DNA of 64,000 bases from Felis catus. Taxonomy: Eukaryota. This document shows positions 37,884 to 50,250 of this stretch, piece by piece. The notes beneath the pieces were generated by a model, which ran no database searches, had not been told where the DNA came from, and saw nothing but the letters and a program-made list of their open reading frames with translations. A program made the position numbers and the translations under genes. Numbering within the stretch: the first letter of the stretch is position 1; each line of letters starts with the position of its first letter. The DNA lies in NCBI RefSeq assembly GCF_018350175.1, contig NC_058383.1, forward strand, positions 12,960,001-13,024,000. The letters are read 5' to 3'.

Positions 37884-38069
37884 AAAAGTTTATTTTGAGA
37901 GAGAGAGAGAGAGAGAGAGCACAAGCAGCTGAGGGGCAGGAAGAAGGAGAGACAGAATCCAGAGCAGGCTCTGCCCCATTAGCACAGAGCCAAATGCAGG
38001 GCTAGAACTCAGGAACCTAAGCTGAGATCAAAGTTGGGAGCTTAACTAACTGGGCCACCCAGGCACCCC
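37884..38069 (-). mobile_element. CAN-SINE with internal deletion
   Basis: Perfect TSD TCAATGTTGGCATTTTTAA; lacks the GTGAGATCATG segment. Confidence 0.94.
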
Positions 38070-38761
38070 TCAATGTTGGCATTTTTAAGAACATACTTCA
38101 CCTGTGCTCCCTACCTAGAAATTTCCTTGTGAGAACTATATTTACTTTGGACAGACTACCCTGGTGGGGGATCAGAACAAGGGGAAAAATAGATGAAAAA
38201 GCAGACTTTCCTTGTGTTGATTGCCCAGAAGAAAAAAAAAAATTCCAATGAGGAGAGACTTCATATTCTGAGGCAAATGCTCACAGTAGGGTGGTGCAAG
38301 ACTAGAGTACAGCTCTAAGAGAACACCAAGCAGTATGTGGACTGTACCATCTGTAGGGGAAAAGGCTATGAAAAAGACACAGAGAAGATGAAAATTGTTC
38401 TGCAAGGTTTTTGCAAACCTGTGTAGAGAAGGAACCCAGCAATGTAGAGCAGTTCACCTCAAGTTGGGAGTCATCCTAAAAATTGCAGTAGCAATGAACT
38501 TTCTCCTCCTGGGACAAGTGTAGGAGGCAGAGCCAAGTCTTACTTCCCTTAGGAAATGTAGATGCGATGCCCCCGGTGAGCACTAAGTTAATATTGGATG
38601 ATAGCAGGGACACTTTTCTTTTTTCTGACCGAATCCCACCAAGGTCTTTCACCAGCTTCAGAGCCACAGAAGAAAGACAAGAAAGGACAAAATCAAAACT
38701 TTTGCTTCTTCTTAGGATATCCATTCAAAGGTTTAGGAGATGATATTGGAATGGAATATAA

Positions 38762-39020
38762 TGATAGCTTATATTTATTGAGTGCTTCCACGTACTAAGT
38801 ATTGTTCTGAGGGCTTTTCATGTGTTGAATCGTAACTCCTTACACATTCTTATGAGCTAGGTTTGTTATCTTCATTTAGTTGCCTTCATTCAGTTGAGGA
38901 AACTGAGGCACAGAGAGAGTGGTTAAGCAATCTGCACAAGGTCACAGGGCTCGTAAATGGGATTTAAACCCAAGCATTTTCATCGCAGAGCCCTTGTCTT
39001 TAGTTGTCATGCTCTGCTGT
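38762..39020 (-). mobile_element. MIR
   Basis: ATTTATTGAGTGCTT...TGAGGAAACTGAGGCACAGAGA...CAAGGTCACA...GGGATTTAAACCCA. Confidence 0.9.
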
Positions 39021-39172
39021 ACTCATCCATAGGCTTTTGCTTCCTTAAGAATTATCATAAGTTATAGCTTTTTACTACAATAAATGTGTTTGTTTATCAG
39101 ACCCTTCATCATATTTGGTCCCTGGATGAGAAATCTCTGTTGCACTTCAAATCTGGAAATTTTGCATTTGAA

Positions 39173-39385
39173 TTTTTTTTTTAACGTTTATTTATTTTTG
39201 AGACAGAGAGAGACAGAGCATGAACGGGGGAGGGTCAGAGAGAGAGGGAGACACAGAATCTGAAACAGGCTCCAAGCTCTGAGCAGTCAGCACAGAGCCT
39301 GACGTGGGGCTCGAACCCACATACCGCGAGATCGTGACCTGAGCCAAAGTCGGACGCTTAACCGACTGAACCACCCAGGTGCCCC
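39173..39385 (-). mobile_element. CAN-SINE
   Basis: Perfect TSD AAATTTTGCATTTGAA. Confidence 0.97.
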
Positions 39386-39813
39386 TAAATTTTGCATTTG
39401 AAAACAAATATTTGTATAATATTATACTGAATGTAAAATTAAATTTTGCTTTTAAAATCAGGAAATATTTACCATGCAATATTATTATACCACTGAGTGT
39501 AAATTTTCGCTGGAAATTTAAAATATTTATTACAAGTGATGGACCAACTTGCTCTGTAATGTTTAGTTTTGTGGACTTCATGTTGTCTCCATAAAGCTTA
39601 AATGGGGTAGTGGTTGCACAGGGGTATCATGGAAATGAAGTGAGTCCTGAGTCCAATGAGCTCAAATAAGATGAATGCCATCTATTTTGTTTTTAGTAGT
39701 TTTCTTCCTTTTGACAAAGTTCACGTAAAATTGGAAACATCTGGACTCTGTCACTGTGGGTATTTTTTTGTTGTAAATCACCAAGATTGAGATTTAAAAT
39801 GCTGATTTCTAGG

Positions 39814-40301
39814 TCTATTAGTTATGTATGGGTATGTAACAAATTACCCTCAAATTTCTCTGCTTAAAACAGCAAACATTTACTAATTATCTCATGGTTT
39901 CTATGGGTCGGGAACTCCTGGGAGGTTCTTGCTCAGGTTCTTTCACGAGATTGAGGTAAAGGTGTTGGCTGGGCCTGCTGTCATATGAATGGTTGACTAG
40001 GGCTGTAGCATCCACTTCCACGATGGCACTCACACTTGGCTCTTGGCAGGAGGCCTTGGTTTCTCACCACATGGACCTCCAAAGGGACTTCTTGACATGA
40101 CCTCTGGTTTCCCCAGAGTGAATGATTTAAAAGAGAGACAAATGATCTAATCTTGCAAGTGGAAACTGTCTCACGTCTGCCACATTCTATTAATCAGAAG
40201 TGAGTCACTAAGAACAGCATGCACTCAAGGGGAGAAGAATCAGGCTCCACCATGGAAGGGAGGAGAATTAAAGGATTTGTGGACATAGTTTAATCACCAT
40301 A
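39814..40301 (-). mobile_element. MLT1-family (ERVL-MaLR) solo LTR inserted in a MER5 element
   Basis: TATTAGTT...GTAACAAATTACC...GCTTAAAACAGCAAACATTTA start, TTAATCACCATA end; 5-bp TSD CTAGG/CTCGG; MER5 halves at about 39752-39813 and 40302-40410. Confidence 0.85.
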
Positions 40302-41799
40302 CTCGGCCTGACTCTACACCTACTAAGTCAGACTCTCTGGGTGTGGTAATTTGCATTTTAACACATTCCCCCAGATAATTTCTACACACACTTAAAATAG
40401 AGAATCACTGGGTGTTCAGGTGATATTTGCTGAATGATTCAATCTGGAAGTAAATGAATACTATAATGCACTCTCCCGGTTTATTTAAGAAGCCAGAACT
40501 GCTTTTCACATATTTAGTGTTCTAAATATTTAAGGTTTATGCTTAGGCACTAAATCAGGTGCTAACTAGAAAATACGGTAAACTGTTTCCATAGGTTTCA
40601 CTTTATCTGGTTGGCCCCTTAGCTCTTGGTGCTCATCTGGCCACGTGAGCCCCACTCTGATTTAGCCTATGGAGTCTGAGCAGCTATATAGTTAGACCTC
40701 AGTTATACAGATAGCCAAAAAAGGAACTTAAGATCACAGTTAGGAAGAAATTAAGTACCTGGCTGGCAGGGCAAGGTGAAAGGATATCCTGAGGTTTTTG
40801 TCTCCAGATCAAGGGTGAGCTGGGCAATGTCTGATGATCCTGTGTGGCTTGTTGGCTTCTGCACCTGTGTGCTTTCTGTCAGGAGAGATGAGGGATACGA
40901 AACCAGGAGCTTGCAGAGAACAGTCAGGGGGCTCTGGAACCCTTCTGACCTCGACATCACTCCTTGCTGGGCAGTCAGGCCCCCTCCCCTTCTCCATCAG
41001 AGCCAGCACTCTCTTGCCTTCCCATCAACATTAGGTTTTAATCCTCAGAATCCTTGATTCCAAGGAATGCAGTTGGTTATTTCAGCGTGGAGGGTGCACA
41101 TCATGGAAGTACATAACTCCTCTTCAGATCAAGGCACCAACTACCCACCTACTTCCCTCCCTGCCCCGAAGAGAGAAGGCAGATATATACAGACGCTCCC
41201 AGCCTGGGTCTCACATTTCATCAGGAATTCCTCAATTAGCAGAAGTACGCAATTAGGGGATGGAAACCCCAGAGAGGAAGTCACACAACACTGGCAGTGG
41301 TAGAGGCCTTTTCTCTGTGAGAGAACATTGCACCCAGAGTCTGTGACCACACACTGGAACAGCCATATGACAGAGCTGACATGCCCCGATAGGTACAACA
41401 GATTGTTCTGCTTGTAACCAATCAATACCGCAATTAACAAATATTTATTGAACACCTAGGAGGCGCGGTGGTTCACATGGCCCTCATCAGCTATTTCTTA
41501 GAGTCATGCAAAGCCTCCTAACCCCTCTGTCTTCAGGCTTGCCCTGGCCCCAATAAAATCAATTCTGTACATTGAAAACAGAGTGGATTTTCCTAAAATA
41601 TACAAACTTGACCAGGTCACTAACCTACTTAAAATGCTCAGGTTGATGATCAGCATCCAGATAAAGTCTGCACTCCCCAGCATGACTGAAGAGGTGAATC
41701 ATAATCTGACCCCTGCCTGACTCTGCTTCCCTTTGGCTGCTGCTTCACACATTCTCCACACCGCATGCCCCCAGCATGCTGGCCTCTCTGATGCCACAG

Positions 41800-42048
41800 A
41801 AGAGTGGGTGAGGGTACTGGCATCAGAACACAGTAGGCTTTGATTCATGCTTCAGTTCTATGACTTGCTAATTGTGTCCTCTTGGGCAAATTACTGGACA
41901 TTTCCAAGCCTCAGTTTTCTTATCTGCAAAAAGAAACTGCTAGCCTCACATGATTCTTATGAAGATTAACTGTGATAAAATTTCAAATGCTTAGTGCAGT
42001 GCCTGGCCCATAATTAGGACTGAATAGCTATTACTGTTACAGTTATTA
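41800..42048 (+). mobile_element. MIR (following an L2 fragment at about 41480-41790)
   Basis: CTTGGGCAAATTACT...AGCCTCAGTTTTCTTATCTGCAAAA...CAGTGCCTGGCCCATA. Confidence 0.85.
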
Positions 42049-42259
42049 ACGATGTATGGAAAGCCCCTGGCACATAGTAGCTGTTGAGTAAAGGAGAGAT
42101 TCTTTTCTCCCTGAGCCCTAGTCTCTTTGAGAGGACTAATCACAAGAAGCTGTCACTCAGAGTGAGTTGTCGTAAGAATGGCATTGATGAAGATGAAGAA
42201 GAGTTTTGAGAGACATAGAGGAAGAAGGTGGGGGTTACCTTTAAAAAGGTTTTGTGTTT

Positions 42260-42493
42260 GGGGCGCCTGGGTGGCTCAGTCGGTTAGGCGTCCGACTTCG
42301 CCTCAGGTCATGATCTCACAGTTTGTGAGTTCAAGCCCCGCATTGGGCTCTGTGCTGACAGCTCAGAGCCTGGAGCCTGCTTCAGATTCTGTGTGTCTCT
42401 CTGTCTCTCTCTCTGCCCCACCCATGCTCGTGCTCTCTCTCTCTCTCTCTCTCGCTCTCAAAAATAAATAAACATTAAAAAATTAAAAAAAAA
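42260..42493 (+). mobile_element. CAN-SINE
   Basis: Perfect TSD TAAAAAGGTTTTGTGTTT. Confidence 0.97.
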
Positions 42494-43539
42494 TAAAAAG
42501 GTTTTGTGTTTGCATTTGATTTTTCCTCTATTAGAACATGACTAGTAGCATCCTTCCTTGGCGGGGGGTGGGGGGGAATGCGGTTACAGGGAAAAATGGC
42601 TGTGGTCTGAGATTCAGAAGAAAGTGACAACCTGACCTTGGTCAAGTCACTGCTTTCTGAGCCTCTGTTAGTTCACTTGTAAAATAGGTTTGTCTAGAGT
42701 TAACTTAGGTAACTTTTTGAGGACCAGACAGCATACTCTGAAATAAGGTGACAGTATTATGCTGTCAATCCCAAAACTCAGAGCATGTTTGAAAAAACAT
42801 CTCTCAAAGCAAGATTTTTATATTTACATATAATTGATGCCGAAGCGTACATATATCCCCCAGAGATGGAGGTGGCGCACAGGTTAGAGAGAGTCACACG
42901 TCCTCTTTCCCTCACACCTTCTGCATCTCTTATCTGAGAATAGCTCAAGTAGTTCTCTGGCTAGTGTTTTCACTCCACACCACTCTCCGCACTGTGAGTT
43001 ATTTCCATAAAAGAAATCTTACAGGCCTCATGGGAAGAATATTTAAGCATGGACTCATGGATTCGGGAAGAATGGATTGAACTCTAGAACAGATTAAAAC
43101 TTGACCTAATACCCAGTTTTCCCATCTGTGATTTGGGACTCATATTAGCCACCCTCTTGCATCACTGTGAGGTGTAAGAGGCACCTGTGGATACCTAACA
43201 TGTGTCTGTCATGTAATTGACACGTAATAGCCCTGTGTTTTCTTACTTGGGCACCTGAAATGGTTCCCTAGTGTCCTCTGAATATCCAAACCCAAAGTCT
43301 TCAGTCAAGGAGGGGCCATCACAGACTGGCTCCAAGCCTTCCCCTTTCTGATCTTATTTGTACCCCGGTATACCTCTAAGCTCCCCTTACCCAGACTCAA
43401 AGCCCTTCTGGTGATTTTTTCAGTTACTTATTGCCTTACCTTTTCTCTCTCCTGTGCCTGTGGCCCTGCTGTTCCTGCTATCTTAATACCTTTCCCAGGC
43501 CTATGGGACTTGAAGGTCCTATTCACGTTATAGCCTTTC

Positions 43540-43795
43540 CCACAACCACCCCTCCCCACCAGGTGGGATCAGTCTTTCATTCTCTGTTCTCCCAATGTAT
43601 GTTGTTTTACTTGTATTATAGCTCTTATCACAGTCTGCCTTGTAGCATAGTCATTTCTATGTGTTTTCCCCTCTGGATTCAGAGCCCCTGGAGGGCAAAG
43701 ACTGTTGTTTCATTTTATGCTGTATTTTCCCACCCCCACAGTGCCTGGTGCAGTAGGGGTTTAGCGAATACTGCTTGAATCAGTGCATGAATGAA
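43540..43795 (+). mobile_element. L2 3' fragment
   Basis: GCCCCTGGAGGGCAAAGACT...CACAGTGCCTGGTGCAGTAGG...ATGAATGAA. Confidence 0.75.
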
Positions 43796-44624
43796 ATTGT
43801 CTTTCCTAGTCCTGTTTGCAATGCTGTAATGCAGACGAGGTGAGTGTAGAATTTTGGCTTAGTGGATTTAGTTTAGCATAGGAAAGGAGTTTTCCAAGAA
43901 GCACTACTGGCTTTGAAAACAGAAATTGCCTTTAATCTTGTGGAAAACACATGCCAGCCCTCTCCATAATAGTCTCAATTACAGGAGAGCATCATGTTAC
44001 TGTAAAAACACAAATAAATAAACCCATGACAATACTGTGTTTGGGAGATAAAACCACATAAAAGCCATCTTTCCCCAACCCTCCAGCATGATAATTAAGG
44101 TCTTTCTGGAAAAAAAAAAAAACAAAAACAAAAACAAAAACCAAAACATACCAGCATAGAACAAGTGGTATTAGGCTTAAAAACACTTCTTATACTTGGC
44201 AAGGTGGGAGAAGGGGGCTCCATTTTTTTGTTCAGCACAGACACACAGGTTCCTCCCAGCTTTTTCCAAACCTGATGCTGTATGGATTGAATTGCATGAT
44301 AAATTTGGGTATTAGGGTTGTCAAAGATGGTGAGAGTACCTGGAGGGCAAAGAGGGTCACCTGAAAGGTGGTGCTGTAAAATTTATCCATTTGCCATGCT
44401 TTGTTTCAACATTTTGTATCTTTCTAAGCGCTGGATCTCCATTGGCTCAAGGATGCCGTCAGTGAGTCTATTTCTATGGGCTCCAACTTTCAACTGGATT
44501 TCATTTACGGATGCCATCTGAATGTTTCCTTGGTTCTTTTTAACTCTGTGGTTCTGGATCCAGGTTCTTTTGAGGGTGGAGTAGGAATGATTTTGTCAGC
44601 CACAGAGCGCTAAAACCAGACTGA

Positions 44625-45140
44625 ACAGAGCCCAGACACTTCTCACCTCCACTGCCATCATCTTTCACCTGGATTGCCTCCGTGGCCTCCCAGCTGATCT
44701 CTGCAGAGTGTTCTTCAAGCAGTCAGAGTGGCCCTTTTAACATGAACTTGAGATCATATCACTTCTCAGTTCAGAGTCCTCCAGCTAGTCTCCCATTCCA
44801 CTAAGAATGCAATTCAGACGCTGTAGTTACTGTGGCCTCCACGATACTGCATGGTCTGGAGCCTCCCGGCTCGTCTCCTGCTGTCCCCTCCATTAATCCT
44901 CTCTGACCCTTGAGCTTGCTTGCTGTTCTTAAACCAAGCCAAGCATTCTCATTCTCAGAGAATTTGCATTATTGTTCTCTTAGCTTGCAACATTCTGTTG
45001 GAACATTCCCAGATGTCCATGTGGCTCATGCCCTCTGCTATGTGTCACCTTTTTGGGGAGGTCCTGTTCACCTGTGTCTCTGATGCTAGAACAATGGCTG
45101 CCATATGGCATGCACTTAGGACATCATTAGAAAGCATGAG
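44625..45140 (+). mobile_element. L2 fragment
   Basis: CACTTCTCACCTCCACTGCCA...TCACCTGGATTGC...GATCATATCACTTCTC...GCTGTTCTTAAAC. Confidence 0.75.
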
Positions 45141-45169
45141 AAAGCACTGGCCAGTGAGTCTGGCAGACT

Positions 45170-45410
45170 TGGAGGGAGAGTGTGGTCTGCAGGGATGGTG
45201 GCTCAGGCGTCAGATGTCTGGTCAGGCTGGATTGACCCATCCTTCTCCATTTGGTAGGTGTTCTACCTTGGGAAAATTATTTACCTTTCCCCACTAGATG
45301 AATGAGACTATGCCTACTGTGTGGGATTATTATGAAGAGTAAGTCAGATAATGTTTGTAAGGGACCTGGCATTGTGTCAGGTGAACATGTTAGAGGCTTC
45401 CTAATTACTT
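45170..45410 (+). mobile_element. MIR
   Basis: ACCTTGGGAAAATTATTTACCT...GGATTATTATGAAGAGTAAGTCAGATAATG. Confidence 0.7.
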
Positions 45411-48214
45411 ATTCTTACACATTCTACTTTCCAGTTGTGGAGGCATGTTGCATGGGGCAGGGGGAGTGTCTAAAAATGGTATGTAATTCTCATGTACCTG
45501 TGAGTAGCTGTGAATATATTTAAAGCACCTAGCCTTGTGCTTGACATATGCTAGGTCTGAATAAATGTCCAGGCCTTCCTGCTTTTAATTATTAGACTTA
45601 GACACTGCTGAAACTCAAGGTGTCAGCTGGGGCAGCTCTGTGGGCACGTAGGGATTTTGGTAAACAGAAAAAGGGACAAGTCAGCAGCTGGGCTCGGGGC
45701 GGTTCACAGTCCTGCTTGTGGTTCAACAGGGACTGCATTTATGAAAATGGCAATTGAGTCCAGGCAATTGAGACTTTGGGCTGTGCCAGCAAGTGTGGTA
45801 TTTCCATTTACATCCTCAGAGTAAGTACAATTTCACCATTATTCCATCGAGGCTCCCCTTGCCAAGAAAAACCCATTGTAAATTTCTGGTTTTAAAGATT
45901 CTGCAGTTTTAGGGAGTCGTACTTTTTGTTGCTTTAACATTTTCTTGGCACCATACATTTGAAGCCCCACTGGTCTACCTTGTAAATACTATACAAATGT
46001 TGTGAAAAGCTGAACCACGTCATTTGTTTTCCTAAGTTCCTTATAGGAAATGGTGATGTTCCTGCCCCTGCCAGCTACTTCTCCTGGGTTTCTGCTCAGG
46101 CAGTTTGGAGTGAGAAAGTGAGGGAAAGAAGATATATTGTCAGCAAAGGATGGAAGCTGTATTCACAAGAGTGCTTTGAGGACAGGGTTGGGCTAGGCCG
46201 GAGAGGAAAGTGTGTGGCTGGCAGGGTGTCTGTGTGACGTGCACCCATTATGTGGAACGCTCCCGCTGTACCAGTGAGTGGCCAGCTCCCAGCTAGGCCA
46301 CCCGGGTGAGGGCCTCTGAGGCAGAGAGCCCCGCACAGTCTGGAGCCTCTCTAACCCAGTGTACTGAATAGGACTCCAAAGAATAGGAGCCGTGTTCCCT
46401 TTGTCACCTACAGCCCTGCTTTCAGCCCGCACAGTGAATGTGCACTTGGGGGCTCAATTGGCACTTGGAAAAATCTGCAAAAACTTTGTGTGTGCACAGT
46501 GTGTGCCCGGCGGCATGGGGGGAGTGGAGCGTGCACTCTGGAGATGTCTGGGGGCTGGTGCTTGCAGAGGAGGGGCTGCCCTCTTTATGCTGCAGGGTCT
46601 GCCAAGAATGTGCCGCCCTTGACAGTGTTGTGGCCAACAGGAAAAGCATTCATGGCATCTTAATGAAAGGCAGCAGTTCCTTTCTTCAAGAATAATAGGC
46701 ATTCTTTTATTGAGCTAGGTCCCTTTTTGGAGATGGAGAGAGAAGCCAATTATTTTTCAGTTAAAATTTATTTTTTTAAACAGTGATACCTCAGTTGCAG
46801 ATTACCCTCGCTTTGCCATAAAGACATTTACAGCTAGTCTCGTGACATGGTTTTAAGCTGCTGTCTTTATAAAACAATCACGTGATATGCCAGGATGTGA
46901 TAAGGCATCTAAGACTTCTGTGTCACATCTGTATAGATGATTTGCCTTCCTCTGTAGATAGAAAATGGATGTTTTCTGAAATGGAATAGGTCTATTGCCT
47001 TTTATCCTGCATCTTGCACATAGTCTAACATACCTGTTTTTACTGAAATTGGGGAGTTTCCTCCTGTGGACGTGATAATACATCCTTAAGAGGGAGTTTG
47101 ATAAGGGAGAAAGTTGTCAAGTTCAAAGGATGGACGTATTTGAAAGCACCAATCTGAACGTCATCTTTGGGTGATAGATCTTTTCGTTGGAAAGAAACAA
47201 GGTCAAGACAAGTGGTTTTTAATGTGTTGGAGGAAATGGTCTGCTCTGTTTCTCATCTTCTCTAGACTTCTTTACAGTCTTTTTTTTTTTTTTAATACTT
47301 AAGTGGAACTTGGCATAATGACCTCCACATTTCAGCTGTGCATATGTTCTATGTATAAATGGTGAAAGACAACAGAGCCATTCCTGACTATTTTTCACAC
47401 TATTTACCCTAAGAGGCCCCTATCAGTAAATGACTTCCTGTTGGAGGCAGTAATTTGTGTTTGGGCTTGGGTACTGTCAGTCTGAAACTAGCCAAGAGAG
47501 GTCATGCTATCTGCTGCACAGTTTCCTAGTGAAAAGACGGGCCAAGCCTTTTGCCTCTGAAATCCAAGCACTACAAAGGCTGGTAATGATGCCTGGGTTT
47601 GAGTGTAGAGAGGTGTCAGTTTCTGAGAGAAGCTGTTAACTGTGGAGGCGAGCTTTCTCCTTGGGAGATGGGTGTTGTGGATCATTCTGACATCTCAAAG
47701 CTTTATTTCCTGGTGATCATTAAAAGGGAGGAAAGAAACATTTTTTGGTCATCTATGTTTTAGGCATGGTGATGGGTACTTTAACCTCTATTAATTCATT
47801 TTACTTCCACTAATTTTAGTAGAATTTAGATCATTCTGTCAGCCACTGGAAATTAAAACATTTTCTCTCATTCTGCCCCTGTGCCCCCAGACGTGTTAGG
47901 AGAATATTATCAGATTAAACCAGTTTGGGGTTAGTACTTTCCTTTAATTGTTAAACTCAGTTATTCTGGCTAAGACCAGATTTTTTGGTGTGGATAGAGC
48001 TGAAACTTGAGTAGTGTAGATTGAGTGCTGGAAATGAAGGTCAACTTCATGCAAGTAGCTTCTCCATGTTGTCGGTGTGCTCTTAGGCTCTGGTGCACGA
48101 CACTCCCAGCTGCCGTCACTGTGCCCTTTTGCTCCATTCTGTCTACTGTCAGGAGTCATGTGGTACTAACCTTGGATCTTTATGAAGGGCTCACTTTTGA
48201 CCGAGTCGACAGAT

Positions 48215-48430
48215 AATTGTGGAGTGCTTTACAGTTTGCCGAGAGCTTTCACTGGTATTTGCTCTTCACTTCAGAATTACAGGATAGGTTTTATTAGCCC
48301 CATTCATTTTGTAGATAAAGAAAACGAGGGCCACAGAGGTTATGCATCAGCTATGGTGTCCTATCCAGCAAAGTGACAGAGCCAAGGTTCTAGGCCAGGA
48401 ATCTTCGTCCAAATCTACTGCTTCTTCATA
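48215..48430 (-). mobile_element. MIR
   Basis: TTATTAGCCCCATT...GTAGATAAAGAAAACGAGGGCCACAGAGGTTA...AGTGACAGAGCCAAG. Confidence 0.75.
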
Positions 48431-48499
48431 CTGCGGTTACTTTCGCGTTCAAAGTGTGTCATTTCTCATCTGTTCAGGAGATATTTGGTTGACGTGGGC

Positions 48500-48634
48500 T
48501 TTGAAGGCAGACGGCTTTGTGACCTCAGGTAACCTGGAGTCTCAGTTCCCTCATCAGTTAAATGATGATAGTAATAGCACCTTTCTGGTAAGGCTGTTGT
48601 GAAGTGCTTTGTACATTGTAAATAGTGTTTGCCA
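48500..48634 (+). mobile_element. MIR
   Basis: TGTGACCTCAGG...GTCTCAGTTCCCTCATCAGTTAAATG...AATAGCACCT. Confidence 0.75.
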
Positions 48635-48783
48635 TTCCTCCTCCTCCTCCTCCTCCTTCTCCTCCTCCTCCTCCTCCTCCTCCTCCTCCTCCTCCTCCTT
48701 CTCCTCCTCCTCCTCCTCCTCCTCCTCCTCCTCCTCCTCCTCCTCCCCTTCACCACCACCACCACGACCACCACCACCATCAT
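48635..48783. repeat. Compound (CCT)n-(CAC)n/(CAT)n trinucleotide repeat
   Basis: About 110 bp of CCT with two CTT interruptions, followed by CAC/CAT. Confidence 0.98.
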
Positions 48784-49629
48784 CAGCTCACTCTGATCTG
48801 CCCTCACTAGGGAGACAACCTAGGATGTAGCTGTGCTATTGAGAATCACTAATTCTGATATGGGAAGCAAACATGACACCAGAAAATCAAAAATTGTGTG
48901 CTATGTTGAGAACTGCGGTATGCTAAGGGTGCTGGGGAAGCTTAGGGGAAGGAGCATTTATACTTTAATTGCCAAGAACCCAGCTGTCTAGGAGCTTTAC
49001 TCTCCAGTGGTAACGTCCTGTTTTATGCATTCCTTGCTGAAGGCAGTATTTCATGTACCAGGTCTTACGGGGATTTTGTGTACATCCTGTGTGAGGGAGG
49101 AGGGAGAAATTGAGTGTGTCTGGCTGAGGGAACCTGGTGGTCATTTGGGGAAATCAGGCCTGTATTTAACAATTGGAGGACTTTCCAGGACAAAAGAGAT
49201 GCTGTTGCTTTGGTGTGCCATGTTCCTTGCGAGTGTCACAGGAGATTGGAGACGAGTGGGTTCCTTTAGGCTGGTGAGTGAGGTGGACTTTGAGGTGGAA
49301 GTAGGCCTGGAGGTGGGCCTGAAAGAACGTTGAATTTGATTTATGAGCTGCAAAGGGGCAGAGCGTCTGAGCAGAGGTGGAGCCGTGTGACAAAAGGCTG
49401 TGAAGAGTCTGGCCTGGCTGCAGGGAGAGTCTGGGGAGGTGGGTGGTCCAGGAGGCAAGTGATCCTCCATTCCTACAGGAGAACCTGCCTGTGGACCCCG
49501 GCAGGGTACACATAGCTCCTAATAACATCTTTGTGTTCATCATGATGTTCCTGGTCATTCTGGGGGAGCTAAAAACCTAGAGACCTGCAGCGTGGACGCT
49601 AGGTCTGAGTGGGTCTGTGAACAGCACCC

Positions 49630-50250
49630 TTGCTGCAGCCTTTGTTTGTGAGCTGTTTGCCTGCATTTAAATGCCATTTACATACGGAGCTGTCAGAGTT
49701 GAGTTGGCCCATGATTATTCCTTGATGTATGTTGGAAAAAAAAAAAAAAGAAAGAAAGAAAGAAAGAAAAGAAAACCCTGGCTAATGAGGAGCTGGGTTC
49801 CTTTTCTCCATTGATGACAGCTTCCTTTCTGATCTGATGGTCCGTCAGAAACTAAGGTGGTGTGTGACTGTGGGGTTATGTCCCCGCCGAAGCCGTCTTT
49901 CCCTCAGAGTTGTAATTGATGGGGAGACCTGTCACTTGTTATGCTGATGCTGTGCAGATTTTTGTGCAGCTGCCAGCCAAGAGAGTTTTAGGACAGCATC
50001 TGATTGGGTGCAGGTTGTGGCAAAAGCGATAATAAATAGAGAGCTGGTGAGGGTAGATTTTGATTGACCCGAGATTGTATATTATTAAACTGAGTCTGCA
50101 TGTACATGTCAGTTTATGAAGAACCAGACCCATAATCCAACTTAGGGCTGTGGCAGTTTGGGTTTATTAAATGTGCTTTATATCACTATTAATATTGAGG
50201 AGTGGAGAGGAATATCTGTAATCTTTTAATCTATGCAATAATGGTTTGGA
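49630..50250. promoter_or_regulatory. Putative conserved non-coding element / enhancer
   Basis: Multiple TGACA/TGTCA, TGATTGA, TAAT, TTTATGA, TTTATTA and CTTTGT motifs; interrupted only by an A/(AAAG)n tract at 49736-49774. Confidence 0.45.

Noticed and set aside
48466..48830. Poly-Pro/His, poly-Ser and poly-Arg ORFs
   Set aside because: They are translations of the (CCT)n/(CAC)n microsatellite flanked by MIR sequence, with no exon structure
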